Origin: Verrucomicrobiales bacterium
Lineage (GTDB): Bacteria; Verrucomicrobiota; Verrucomicrobiia; Verrucomicrobiales; SLCJ01
NCBI GenBank assembly: GCA_046075565.1
Contig: JBJTQJ010000108.1
Span: 77,305 to 141,304 of the forward strand
Direction of reading: 5' to 3'
DNA length: 64,000 nucleotides
In this document: positions 51,810 to 61,303 of the stretch, one piece after another
Layout: each line of letters opens with the position of its first letter
How positions within the stretch are numbered: position 1 is the first letter of the stretch
Position numbers and translations under genes: made by a program
Notes under the pieces: model-generated
Seen by the model: the letters and a program-made list of their open reading frames with translations, nothing else
Databases searched by the model: none
Told to the model about the DNA's origin: nothing

Positions 51810-52871
51810 ATGCGAAGATCGATTTTCTTCCCGACGGCAGTTTTGGTATTCTCTCTTGGCCAGACCTCCCATTGTCCGGCCCAGGAGGTGAGGGCAATGG
51901 AGGACGTGAAAGGCTTGCCGAAGCGCATTGCCTTTGGTTCCTGTGCCCATCAGGACCATGAGCAACCAATCTTGCGGGAGGTCGTGGCGGTGGGCCCGGA
52001 GATTTTTGTCTATCTGGGCGACAACATCTACGGGGATACCCTCGACATGGGCGTCTTGCAGGCGAAATACGATAAACTCGCGGGCAAGGGGGAATTCCAA
52101 GACCTCCGCGCGAAGGTGGCTGTCACAGCGACCTGGGACGACCATGACTACGGGACCAACGATGCGGGGAAAGAATTCCCCATGAAAGAGGATTCGCGGC
52201 GGATTTTCCTCGATTTTTGGAAGGTCCCGAAGACCAGTCCGCGGCGGACACGGCCCGGTATCTATGGATTTCATGAGTATCGGGAGGGCGACCGGGCCAT
52301 CCAGTTGATCCTGCTCGACACGCGGTTTTTCCGGGATCCGCTCAAACGGAAAACCGGTCCGCCCTGGAAAAATGATTATGAGCCGGACCCCGACTCTGGC
52401 AAAACCTTTCTGGGCGAAGACCAGTGGAAATGGCTGGAAGGGAAACTAAGTCAACCGGCGGATGTCCGGATCATCGCCACCAGCATTCAGTTTTCCCATG
52501 AATACAATGGGTATGAAAGCTGGACGAATCTGCCGGTAGAGCGTCAAAAGATGGCGGATCTAATCCGGAAAACCCGGGCGAACGGGGTGGTCTTCATCTC
52601 CGGAGATGTCCATTGGGGGGAGATATCCCGCTTGCCGGTTGAGAAGGGTTACCCCTTGTTCGATGTGACATCCAGCGGGTTGACCGAGGACTGGGAAACC
52701 GTGGAGCCGAACGAAAACCGGGTGGGTCCCGCGATTCGCGCGAACAACTTCGGCATGATCGAGATCGACTGGACCAAGGAGGATCCGGAAATCGCGCTGG
52801 GCGTTCATGCCATCGGGGGCAAAGAGAAAAACCGCCATGCGATCCGGTTGTCGGAGTTGCGTCATCCCTGA
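51810..52871 (+). CDS. phoD: Alkaline phosphatase D family protein
   Basis: IAFGSC, LGDNIYGD, TWDDHDYG.ND, LLDTR, LGEDQWKWL, SGDVH, TSSGL. Confidence 0.88.
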   Translation: MRRSIFFPTAVLVFSLGQTSHCPAQEVRAMEDVKGLPKRIAFGSCAHQDHEQPILREVVAVGPEIFVYLGDNIYGDTLDMGVLQAKYDKLAGKGEFQDLRAKVAVTATWDDHDYGTNDAGKEFPMKEDSRRIFLDFWKVPKTSPRRTRPGIYGFHEYREGDRAIQLILLDTRFFRDPLKRKTGPPWKNDYEPDPDSGKTFLGEDQWKWLEGKLSQPADVRIIATSIQFSHEYNGYESWTNLPVERQKMADLIRKTRANGVVFISGDVHWGEISRLPVEKGYPLFDVTSSGLTEDWETVEPNENRVGPAIRANNFGMIEIDWTKEDPEIALGVHAIGGKEKNRHAIRLSELRHP

Positions 52872-52984
52872 AGCCGACAGTTCGGGTCGAAAACGTGGAC
52901 TGACCCCAGAGAGCCAGTCTGGAGAACGCCGCGGCGGAGCCTTGCCCCTGATTTTCGGATTGCGGGGGGGGTGGGAGCGGGGCC

Positions 52985-53998
52985 ATGGTAGCAGGGTTGC
53001 CCGACGCGACCTACATCCATCATTTGAATCCGATCCTGCTTGAGCTGGGGCCGCTCAAGCTGCGCTGGTATGGGCTGGCCTATGTGGCTGGTTTCGCCGT
53101 GGTGATTCTCTTGATGCGGTCGTTCGCCCGCCGGGGGATGTCCCGCCTGCCGGAGGACAAGGTGGTTGATTTCGTGACCTACGGGGCCATTTTCGGGGTC
53201 ATGCTAGGCGGCCGTTTCGGCTACGCGCTCTTTTATTCGCCGGACTTGCTGTTCGGATTCCGCAATTCCTTCCCGTGGTGGAATTTCCTGGCCATCAACG
53301 AGGGCGGGATGGCCAGCCACGGCGGCGTGCTGGGCCTGATGCTCTTCACCCTCTGGTATTCCTGGCGGCACAAAATCCCGTGGACAAATCTCGGGGACAA
53401 TCTGGTGGTCGGGGCCACGTTGGGCATTTTCTTCGGCCGGATGGCGAATTTTATCAATGGTGAGCTCTACGGTCACGTGGCCAGAGGGGTGTCGTGGGCG
53501 GTGCGATTCCCACAGGAAATGATCCGCGATACCCGCCACCCCGCGCTCAGCCTGGACGATAGCACCCGGGCGGAACTGGTGGAGGTCGCCATCGGGCGAC
53601 ATCCCGAACTCGAAGACTTGGGCGAGGGCGATATTTATTCGGCCATCATTGCCCGGATGCGGGAAGATGAAGCAACCCGCGAGGCGCTGGGAAGCTACCT
53701 GCAGCCGCGGCATCCGTCGCAGCTTTACGAGGCTTTTCTGGAAGGGTTGCTGCTTTTTGGCATCCTGTATTTTGTCCGTATCCGCTGGCCACGCCTGCGC
53801 GATGGGATTCTCACGGGAGTATTTTTCATTTGTTATGCGGTCTTTCGCATCATCGCCGAGCAATTCCGGGTGCCGGACTCGGAAATGGTCGGCCCACTCA
53901 CCAAAGGACAATTTTATTCCGTATTTATGATTGGCATCGGTGCTCTTTTCCTAGTCTGGTCGCTGCGGCGTCCGAACCCGAATCGGCAAACCACCTGA
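52985..53998 (+). CDS. lgt: Prolipoprotein diacylglyceryl transferase
   Basis: RWYGLAY, GGRFGY, GGMASHGG, GRMANFINGELYG, RHPSQLYE, EQFRVPD. Confidence 0.95.
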   Translation: MVAGLPDATYIHHLNPILLELGPLKLRWYGLAYVAGFAVVILLMRSFARRGMSRLPEDKVVDFVTYGAIFGVMLGGRFGYALFYSPDLLFGFRNSFPWWNFLAINEGGMASHGGVLGLMLFTLWYSWRHKIPWTNLGDNLVVGATLGIFFGRMANFINGELYGHVARGVSWAVRFPQEMIRDTRHPALSLDDSTRAELVEVAIGRHPELEDLGEGDIYSAIIARMREDEATREALGSYLQPRHPSQLYEAFLEGLLLFGILYFVRIRWPRLRDGILTGVFFICYAVFRIIAEQFRVPDSEMVGPLTKGQFYSVFMIGIGALFLVWSLRRPNPNRQTT

Positions 53999-54031
53999 AA
54001 GTTCCCCTCGTTCTGTCGTTCTGTTATTGTC

Positions 54032-55141
54032 ATGGACACCCCGAATGGATTCCAATACGCGCTGGAAACAACCAGCACCCCCGGCCTGATTATCGTGGGG
54101 GCGCTGGGATTCCTTAGCGTGCTCACCTGGTCGGTGCTGCTAACAAAGTGGTCGGTGCTGCGCCAGGCCCGCAAACGCAATGCCGAATACCTCGACCTCT
54201 ACCGGAAGATGCGGCATCCGCTCGACATCTACGAGCAAGGGCTGGATCGACGGGGCACACCGCTCTATAGTATCTATTCGGCGGGGGCGCGGGAGCTCTG
54301 CCTGCAAATGCTCGGGACCGCGGAGCGGGACCAGACGTTTTCGGCGCGGCTGCGCAATTCCCGCCGCATCGCGCCGACCCAGATGTCTTCGATAACGCTT
54401 TCCATGGAACGCGCCATCGGGGAAATGTCCGTGCGGCTGGAGGAAAAGATGAGCCTGCTCGCCACCTGCGTTAGCGGTGCTCCTTTCCTCGGCCTGTTAG
54501 GCACGGTCTGGGGAGTGATGGATACTTTCGCGGCGGTGGCGGCTTCGAATTCAGGTGCCTCCATCCAGGACATGGCCCCCGGGGTTTCCGGCGCTCTGGT
54601 GACGACGGTGATTGGTCTGCTCATCGCCATTCCGGCCATGTTCGGATACAATCACCTGATCCAATCGATCAAAAAAATGGTCATGCTGCTCGATCACCAT
54701 GCGGCCGAACTCGGTGCCGCCTACGAGCGCCATTACGTCGATCATGGAGCGACCGCCCATCCTCCGGCTCCGCCTCCCCTCTTGGCCGATGAGTCGGCTC
54801 CGGTGCCCGTAGAGTTGCCCATCGAGGAGCCCGTCGCTCCCGAGCCGCCGCCCCGCGAGCCCGAACCTATGCCACCCACACCCGCCGCGGTGGCCTTGGT
54901 TCAACCGTCGCCATTCACTCCCCTGTTGGAAGACGAGGATGCCGTGCCTGAACCGATGCCCATGGCGAGTTCGCCTGCCACGGTGACACCAAAAGAACAA
55001 CCGGTTCTCTCCGGCCTCGAGGATCTAACTGCCGTGCCGTTGGCCAAACCGATGCGCCCGCCAAACATGCGGCGGCGGCCTTTCGAACTGGACGAGGATG
55101 AACCCGAAGGCGAACCGAGGGCGCTGCCGCCCGCGCCGTGA
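54032..55141 (+). CDS. tolQ: TolQ/ExbB/MotA-family proton channel with Pro/Glu-rich tail
   Basis: APFLGLLGTVWGVM, APGVSGALVTT..GL..AIPA; first gene of a tolQ-R-A-B-pal order. Confidence 0.85.
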   Translation: MDTPNGFQYALETTSTPGLIIVGALGFLSVLTWSVLLTKWSVLRQARKRNAEYLDLYRKMRHPLDIYEQGLDRRGTPLYSIYSAGARELCLQMLGTAERDQTFSARLRNSRRIAPTQMSSITLSMERAIGEMSVRLEEKMSLLATCVSGAPFLGLLGTVWGVMDTFAAVAASNSGASIQDMAPGVSGALVTTVIGLLIAIPAMFGYNHLIQSIKKMVMLLDHHAAELGAAYERHYVDHGATAHPPAPPPLLADESAPVPVELPIEEPVAPEPPPREPEPMPPTPAAVALVQPSPFTPLLEDEDAVPEPMPMASSPATVTPKEQPVLSGLEDLTAVPLAKPMRPPNMRRRPFELDEDEPEGEPRALPPAP

Positions 55142-55147
55142 GACACC

Positions 55148-55194
55148 GATTGGATTGATGATTGACGATTGTTGATTTCAGATTTTTGATTTTC
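55148..55194. repeat. 7-nt tandem repeat (GATTnnn)x6
   Basis: GATT starts at 55153, 55160, 55167, 55174, 55181 and 55188, plus one at 55148. Confidence 0.7.
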
Positions 55195-55202
55195 CAAAAC
55201 CC

Positions 55203-55628
55203 ATGAGAAAACGCCGCCGCTACGAGGATTACGGATCAATGTCGGAGTTGAATGTGACTCCGCTACTCGACCTCGCCTTCACGCTGCTGGTCATCTTCAT
55301 CGTGACCATGCCTTTGTTAGGAAAAAAGGCGGATCTCGTCCTCCCTTCGAGCGAGGCGAGCCGCGATGCCGTCAATCCGAGCGACGTGCATGTCGTGAGC
55401 ATCGACGCGAACAAGAATCTCTTGTGGGATGGCCAACCGGTCAGCCGCGCCGGACTGGAGGTCGTGCTCGAGGGCCTGGGTGAAGCGCGCGACCGATCGG
55501 GTGTGGTCATCGAAGCGGATCGGACCCTGAGCGTGCAAGACGCGGTCGAGATTCTCGACCTGGTTTCCGAGAACGGCATCAGCAAGGCATCGATTGTGAC
55601 CGGACCCGCGCCACAACCCGCGCCCTGA
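55203..55628 (+). CDS. tolR: TolR/ExbD-family protein
   Basis: SELNVTPLLDLAFTLLVIFIVT.P, VVIEAD. Confidence 0.88.
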   Translation: MRKRRRYEDYGSMSELNVTPLLDLAFTLLVIFIVTMPLLGKKADLVLPSSEASRDAVNPSDVHVVSIDANKNLLWDGQPVSRAGLEVVLEGLGEARDRSGVVIEADRTLSVQDAVEILDLVSENGISKASIVTGPAPQPAP

Positions 55629-55629
55629 G

Positions 55630-56742
55630 ATGAAAATGGAAAATGAATCTCCGGAGTTTGCCGATCGCCAGCCTTTCGGCCCGTTCTTCTTCCTCATGCT
55701 TGTCGTGCATGTGGCAGCCCTCGGCGTGCTGTTCTGGTGGTTCCGGCTGCGGGACAGCGCCGGTGATAACAGCGGCGGAGCGGAGACGGCGATGATTGAA
55801 GAACCTCCACCGCCCGAAGAAACTCCTCTGCCCCCGGAACAACAGAAGAAATTTTTCACCGTGCTGGAGAAGCAAAGCGCGCGACTACCGGTATTGCCTC
55901 CGGCCCCAGCTCCGGAAAAGCAACGCGCGCCCTCGGTGATCGTCCTACCTGACGCCGCTATGGAGGCGGCCCGCAAACAGGAAGTGGCGGATCGGCAGGC
56001 CGCCGAAGCCCTGCGGGAGGCCGAACTTGAGCGGCTTTCCGCCGAACGCGAACGCCGCGAAATGGAATTGCAGGAGGAGGAAGCACTCCGCCAAGCGCAG
56101 GAAGCCAGACGACGGCAGGAAGAAACGGCCGCGCGTCTTGCCGCCGCCAAAGCTGCGGAGGAGAAAGCCGCAAAAGAAAAAGCCGATCGTCTCGCCGCGG
56201 AGAAGGCGAGCAAGGAAAAAGCCGAACGCGAGGAACAGAAACGCCGCCAGCTCGCCGCCGAAAAGGCCGCGAAGGAAAAAGAAGAGGCGGCAGCGCGAGC
56301 GAAGCCTGTCGAGACGGCCAAACCGGTGGAGAGCGCCAAACCCGTCGCCAGCGCCACGGAAGTCGGTGCCGGCGGGGAAGGAAGCGGCAGCGCGGGCGGC
56401 ACCGGTTCCGGAAACCGCTCCGGCAACGCCGGAAGTGGCAGTGGCCAGGGCGGACGCGACCTTGATTGGTATGACCGGAATGTGCTTTACCCCGCGCTTT
56501 ACCGGAATTGGATCCAGCCGAGGGGCCCGGATTTCGCAGGAAAGCGCTTCCAGGTGCAAATCCGCCTGACCGTGAAACCCGATGGGACGATTACTGAGAA
56601 ACGTTTGACCCGCGGCAGCGGCAACACGGACGTGGACGCGAGCGTGCAGGACGCGCTGCGGGCTTTCAGCAAGGCCGGTCCCCTGCCCCGATCTTTCGCA
56701 GGTTCGTCACATAGCCAGATTTTCACTTTTGTTCTCGAATAA
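55630..56742 (+). CDS. tolA: TolA/TonB-like protein
   Basis: TM helix with conserved His (VVHV), long Ala/Glu/Lys helix, C-terminal NW..P...DGTI...SGN...D. Confidence 0.8.
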   Translation: MKMENESPEFADRQPFGPFFFLMLVVHVAALGVLFWWFRLRDSAGDNSGGAETAMIEEPPPPEETPLPPEQQKKFFTVLEKQSARLPVLPPAPAPEKQRAPSVIVLPDAAMEAARKQEVADRQAAEALREAELERLSAERERREMELQEEEALRQAQEARRRQEETAARLAAAKAAEEKAAKEKADRLAAEKASKEKAEREEQKRRQLAAEKAAKEKEEAAARAKPVETAKPVESAKPVASATEVGAGGEGSGSAGGTGSGNRSGNAGSGSGQGGRDLDWYDRNVLYPALYRNWIQPRGPDFAGKRFQVQIRLTVKPDGTITEKRLTRGSGNTDVDASVQDALRAFSKAGPLPRSFAGSSHSQIFTFVLE

Positions 56743-56762
56743 GCCGGGCATCTTTTGCGGCC

Positions 56763-57896
56763 ATGTCATTGATCCGCAAATTCGCCATCGTCGTCCTGCT
56801 TGCGTTGTCCGCGCACCCCGTCGTCGCGCAATTGGTTATCCGCAAGAGCGGGAACTACAATGTCCACGTCGAAAACTTCGCCGGAGACAGCACCGGAGCC
56901 ACCGCCATGGTGCGCCAGCAGTTGCAGGCCAGCGGACAAGTGCAACTCGCCGCCGGTCCCGGCAATGCCTATGTCGTGCGGGCCAATTGCAGCGGGGCCG
57001 CGCTGAGCGGCATTCTCGTTGATCCTCGCGGCCAACGCCTGCTCGCGAAAAGTTACGCCACCCCGCGCGCCGATGAGAATGCCGCGCAGTTTGCCCAGGA
57101 CATCCTTGCTTCACTCTCCGGACAGGCACCCGCCGTCGCCGGCACCATCGCTTTCTCCGGCAGCAGCGGCCGGGCCAGGGAGATTTTCATCGTGCAAGCC
57201 GATGGGACAGGATTGCGACAGGTCACCAGCGATGGCAACCTTGCGGTCAGCCCGGCCATTTCCCCCGATGCCGGAAAAATTACCTTTACGAGCTACACCA
57301 GCGGCTATCCCGATGTGCATCTGGTGGACCTGCGTTCGGGCGGACGCCGGCGTATTTTCTCTTCGCCCGGCACGAATACCGGCGCGGCCTTTTCACCCGA
57401 TGGTTCAAAACTCGCCCTCAGCATGAGCTTTACCGGCAATCCGGAAATCTATGTTGGCGGGCTCGGCGGCGGTGCGAAACGCATCACCCAATCCCCGAGT
57501 GTGGACTCCTCGCCCACCTGGTCACCGGACGGACGCCGCATCGCCTATGTCTCCGATGCCGGTGGACGGCCACAAATCTACATCACCGGCGCTGGCGGCG
57601 GCGGAGCCCAACCGGTGCGCACCGGCCACAATTACACCACCGAACCATCATGGTCGCCGGATGGGGCAAAACTCGCCATGACCGTCCGTGCGGGCGGGCT
57701 TAGCATCGCGGTGCTTGAACTGGCCAGCGGCCGCGTGCAAATCCTCGGGGGCGGCGAAGACCCGACCTGGGGACCTGACTCTCGCCATCTCGCCTTCGTG
57801 CAGGGCGGCACGCTGGCCATTCTCGACACGGTCACCGGCCAGCGCCGCTCGATTGTCACGGGACGCAACGCCAAGGAACCGAGTTGGTCGCGCTGA
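56763..57896 (+). CDS. tolB: TolB beta-propeller protein
   Basis: Signal peptide; PD40 repeats SPAISPDA, FSPDGSKLA, SPTWSPDGRRIAY, EPSWSPDG, EPSWS. Confidence 0.9.
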   Translation: MSLIRKFAIVVLLALSAHPVVAQLVIRKSGNYNVHVENFAGDSTGATAMVRQQLQASGQVQLAAGPGNAYVVRANCSGAALSGILVDPRGQRLLAKSYATPRADENAAQFAQDILASLSGQAPAVAGTIAFSGSSGRAREIFIVQADGTGLRQVTSDGNLAVSPAISPDAGKITFTSYTSGYPDVHLVDLRSGGRRRIFSSPGTNTGAAFSPDGSKLALSMSFTGNPEIYVGGLGGGAKRITQSPSVDSSPTWSPDGRRIAYVSDAGGRPQIYITGAGGGGAQPVRTGHNYTTEPSWSPDGAKLAMTVRAGGLSIAVLELASGRVQILGGGEDPTWGPDSRHLAFVQGGTLAILDTVTGQRRSIVTGRNAKEPSWSR

Positions 57897-57985
57897 GAAT
57901 TCACCGCAAGAAAAATGGATTTCTGAACGTCATCTTACTTGCCCGCCGCCACCATCTGCCATCCATTCCCTGACGCCTCACTTTC

Positions 57986-58501
57986 ATGAAACCTCGCCCC
58001 TTCTTCCTTCTCGCTGCTCTCGCCGCCCTCATGCTTCCCGCCTGCCAGCAGAACAAAAATGGCGATGCTTTCGGCCCCGGTTTTAACACTGCCGATGGCT
58101 CGTATGACCCGGGTGGCTTCGGCTCGGCTCTTCCACAACGCGACGAGAGTGTAAGCTTTTACGGCCCCGGTGTGGACCGCTCGATGTTTGCTCCCGTCTA
58201 TTTCGACTTCGACAGTTTTGATATCCGCTCCGACCAATATGGTGTAATCACGCAAGTGGCGGACCACCTGCGCCGCTCGCGCGCGCGATTGCTCATCGCC
58301 GGACACACCGATGCCAGTGGCACCTCGGAATACAACCGTGCCCTCGGCGAACGCCGGGCTCAAGCCGTGCGGAATGCCCTCGCCAGCCAAGGTGCCGACG
58401 GTGGTGCCATCCAGACTCTCAGCTTCGGCGAGGATAGCCCTGCCGACGCCGGCAATGATGCCGCCAACCGCCGCGCCGAATTCGGTGTCGTGCGAAAGTG
58501 A
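57986..58501 (+). CDS. pal: Peptidoglycan-associated lipoprotein (OmpA-like)
   Basis: Lipobox LPAC, VYFDFD, GHTD..GT.EYNRALGERRA, SFGE, NRRAE. Confidence 0.92.
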   Translation: MKPRPFFLLAALAALMLPACQQNKNGDAFGPGFNTADGSYDPGGFGSALPQRDESVSFYGPGVDRSMFAPVYFDFDSFDIRSDQYGVITQVADHLRRSRARLLIAGHTDASGTSEYNRALGERRAQAVRNALASQGADGGAIQTLSFGEDSPADAGNDAANRRAEFGVVRK

Positions 58502-58551
58502 GCACTTTGATTTGTTAGATTTCCCCCACCCCAACCAACATCCAGAAAACC

Positions 58552-59550
58552 ATGAGACCTGTCACCCTGTTCACCGGCCAATGGGCCGATCTTCCGGCCG
58601 AAACCATGTTCGAGAAAGCCGCCTCCTTCGGTTACGATGGTGTCGAACTCGCCTGCTGGGGCGATCACTTCGATGTCCGCCGCGCTGTCACCGAGGCCGA
58701 CTACTGCGAGAAAAAACGCCTGCAACTCGGGCGCCACGGCCTCGAATGCCATGCCATTTCCACCCACCTCGTCGGCCAAGCCGTGTGCGACCGCATCGAC
58801 GAACGCCATAAGTCCATCCTGCCCGAGCACGTTTGGGGCGACGGCGATCCCGAAGGCGTTCGCCAGCGCGCCGCCGCTGAATTGATCGACACCGCCCGCG
58901 CGGCCGCGAAATTCGGCGTGAAAGTCGTCAACGGATTCACTGGCTCCTCGATTTGGCATTTGCTTTATTCTTTCCCGCCCGTATCCGCACAAATGATCGA
59001 AGACGGTTTCGCCGACTTCGCCAAACGCTGGACTCCCATCCTCAATGAGTTCCAGAAACTCGGCATCAAGTTCGCCCTCGAAGTCCACCCGACCGAGATC
59101 GCCTTCGACATCGCCTCCGCCGAACGCGCCCTCGCCGCCGTTAACAACCACCCGGCTTTCGGATTCAACTACGATCCGAGCCACTTCGGTTACCAAGGCG
59201 TGGACTACGTCGCCTTCATCCGCCGTTTCGCCGACCGCATTTTCCATGTCCATGTGAAGGACGTGTATTGGTCGGAGCGCCCGACTGCCGCCGGGGTTTT
59301 CGGAGGCCATGTCGATTTCGGCGATTCGCGCCGCTACTGGAACTTCCGTTCGCCCGGCCGCGGCTCGATTGATTTCGAGGACATCATCCGCGCTCTCAAC
59401 GAAGTCCGCTACGCCGGTCCGCTCTCCGTCGAATGGGAAGATCAGGGCATGGACCGCGAACACGGGGCCACCGAAGCCTGCGACTTCGTGCGCTCGCTCG
59501 ATTTCCCGCCGTCGACCTTGATCTTCGACGCCGCCTTCGCAAAAGAGTGA
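58552..59550 (+). CDS. Sugar phosphate isomerase/epimerase (AP-endonuclease-2 TIM barrel)
   Basis: [46 protein letters not shown]. Confidence 0.9.
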   Translation: MRPVTLFTGQWADLPAETMFEKAASFGYDGVELACWGDHFDVRRAVTEADYCEKKRLQLGRHGLECHAISTHLVGQAVCDRIDERHKSILPEHVWGDGDPEGVRQRAAAELIDTARAAAKFGVKVVNGFTGSSIWHLLYSFPPVSAQMIEDGFADFAKRWTPILNEFQKLGIKFALEVHPTEIAFDIASAERALAAVNNHPAFGFNYDPSHFGYQGVDYVAFIRRFADRIFHVHVKDVYWSERPTAAGVFGGHVDFGDSRRYWNFRSPGRGSIDFEDIIRALNEVRYAGPLSVEWEDQGMDREHGATEACDFVRSLDFPPSTLIFDAAFAKE

Positions 59551-59596
59551 GTTTGCCCAATCGCCCTCTTCTCATCCATTGAGAAACCCGGGCTCC

Positions 59597-59641
59597 AAAA
59601 AGCCCTCTCCCCCCACGCGGAGGAGAGGGCTTTTCGCTTTT
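59597..59641 (+). terminator. Intrinsic terminator (possibly bidirectional)
   Basis: AAAAA-GCCCTCTCC-loop-GGAGAGGGC-TTTT. Confidence 0.85.
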
Positions 59642-59776
59642 GGTGAGGGCGCGCGGGAGAGCCAAACCATCCGCTTACTCGACCCCGAAAGCCCCCCCGA
59701 CAGGTGGGGAAATGTTGCAAAAATCACTTGCAATCCACGGCCCCGCGTCCAAACTAATTATCCTTCCCAACCAGAT

Positions 59777-59861
<85 letters not shown>

Positions 59862-60288
59862 CTATTGTAAAACAAGGGAAACGGGGAGGGAATCTAGGGC
59901 GCGTAAGTTGTTAGAACACGGTGTCAACGCCTGAAACCTGCAGCTATTCTCCGGCTATTCTTGGCCCCAACGAGCATGATCACCCTCGCTTGTCTGATTC
60001 GGGCGGCTGCAAAATTTCCTCAGAAGCATTGCCGAGGCCGTCAATTCCTCCGCTCATCCAATTGTCATCCAACTCGACCTAGGGACCTAGACAACCTTTT
60101 CGCCCCGGATGGAACGCTCGGCGGCGGACTCTACCGCGTTTCCGCCCCCGCCTCCGGCCTGCCCCGCGAGTTTTACCGCTTCCGCAGCGACTTGCCATGA
60201 CCCCGTAGGCGGCGCATCCGCCTCTCTGGGGTCGATTTCCAACTTTACCGGAAATCCCCCATTCCCCGCCCTCCCGTCTTCGCCGAGG

Positions 60289-60528
60289 CTACAACCGAGC
60301 GGCCGGGTCGGCCCAACGTCGGTACAAGGATACTCTTCGACCGCAGATTTCCAGCAACTTTAGACCGTCGTCCAGCAGATCCCCGACCCGGTTCACGGTG
60401 TCCTTGAGGATGGACGCGGCGGCGGAAATGAGGATGCCGAGTTTCGGGTCGGCGAACGGAATGGCATCGAGGGCGGTGATCACCCCGGCAATCTTGCCGA
60501 GGTAGCTGAGGATTTTGAGCGCTTTCAT
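60289..60528 (-). CDS. Small hydrophobic protein (phage/holin-like), C-terminus possibly aberrant
   Basis: MKALKILSYLGKIAGVITALDAIPFADPKLGILISAAASILKDTVNRVGDLLDDG; TTGACA 14 nt upstream of ATG. Confidence 0.55.
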   Translation of the reverse strand: MKALKILSYLGKIAGVITALDAIPFADPKLGILISAAASILKDTVNRVGDLLDDGLKLLEICGRRVSLYRRWADPAARL

Positions 60529-60616
60529 GGTGACGATTTTGATGTCAACATTCACGCGGCGTCCGTCCTCGCGAGAACCGCTTCCTTCCCGCCTTTTAGT
60601 TTCACCAGTTAATCCC

Positions 60617-61087
60617 ATGTCACCGAAAAAGCATCGCGCATCCTCCCCTTTGGAGACTCTTGATTTGCCGGACATCAGCACGTTCAGTGAGGAAGAGCTA
60701 CTGGTTGCCCAAGTTTCTGTTGGCATAGTCCGTTCAGGAGGAGTGATGTATGAAGGTAGGTTGCTTGAATGCACTGTCGCAAGGATCCTGAAAGCAAAAT
60801 TCCCACGATTCGGCACTTCACCATGGGACTTGCTTATGGAAGACGGCACCCGCGTTGAGGTGAGGAGCGGCACTAAATCCTTCAGCCTGAAAGGGAAGAA
60901 AGACGTCCATTGCTGGGTTTTCGTTCACAAGCATCATGCCTCAGGCCCGCGATACACCGTCGTGAGCGCAGACGATATGGCCAGCATCCGACGTCAGAGC
61001 ATATCGGCGGAACGGCTGATCGAACAATTCGGCCTTGTTTCGGCAAAGAAATTGCCCGCCTGCGTTAGGATTTGTCGGAATGCTTGA
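60617..61087 (+). CDS. Hypothetical protein, possible PD-(D/E)xK-like nuclease fold
   Basis: GRLLE helix followed by PWD....G.RVEVRS. Confidence 0.5.
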   Translation: MSPKKHRASSPLETLDLPDISTFSEEELLVAQVSVGIVRSGGVMYEGRLLECTVARILKAKFPRFGTSPWDLLMEDGTRVEVRSGTKSFSLKGKKDVHCWVFVHKHHASGPRYTVVSADDMASIRRQSISAERLIEQFGLVSAKKLPACVRICRNA

Positions 61088-61097
61088 ACGCCATCCT

Positions 61098-61286
61098 TCA
61101 CCTTCGCCTTAGCTTCTTCACCATCGCGATGGCTGAAAGGGTGCCCACGGCCAGACCGACGAGCAACGAGCCGACACGCTGGTGCCATTCGATCTGTTCC
61201 TGGAACGATGTGATGACCCCCAGCACCGGCGATGCGATGCCGACGATGGCTTTGAGCATGTAGTCGATGTCGATGGGTGTGCGCAT
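61098..61286 (-). CDS. Small two-TM holin-like protein
   Basis: 62 aa, two hydrophobic segments, basic tail KKLRRR; TTGACA 15 nt upstream of ATG. Confidence 0.55.
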   Translation of the reverse strand: MRTPIDIDYMLKAIVGIASPVLGVITSFQEQIEWHQRVGSLLVGLAVGTLSAIAMVKKLRRR

Positions 61287-61303
61287 GGGGGCTGGTTCCT
61301 TTG

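Noticed and set aside
55990-56350. Repetitive GCC/GAA/AAA-rich DNA
   Set aside because: Explained by the Ala/Glu/Lys helix of TolA.
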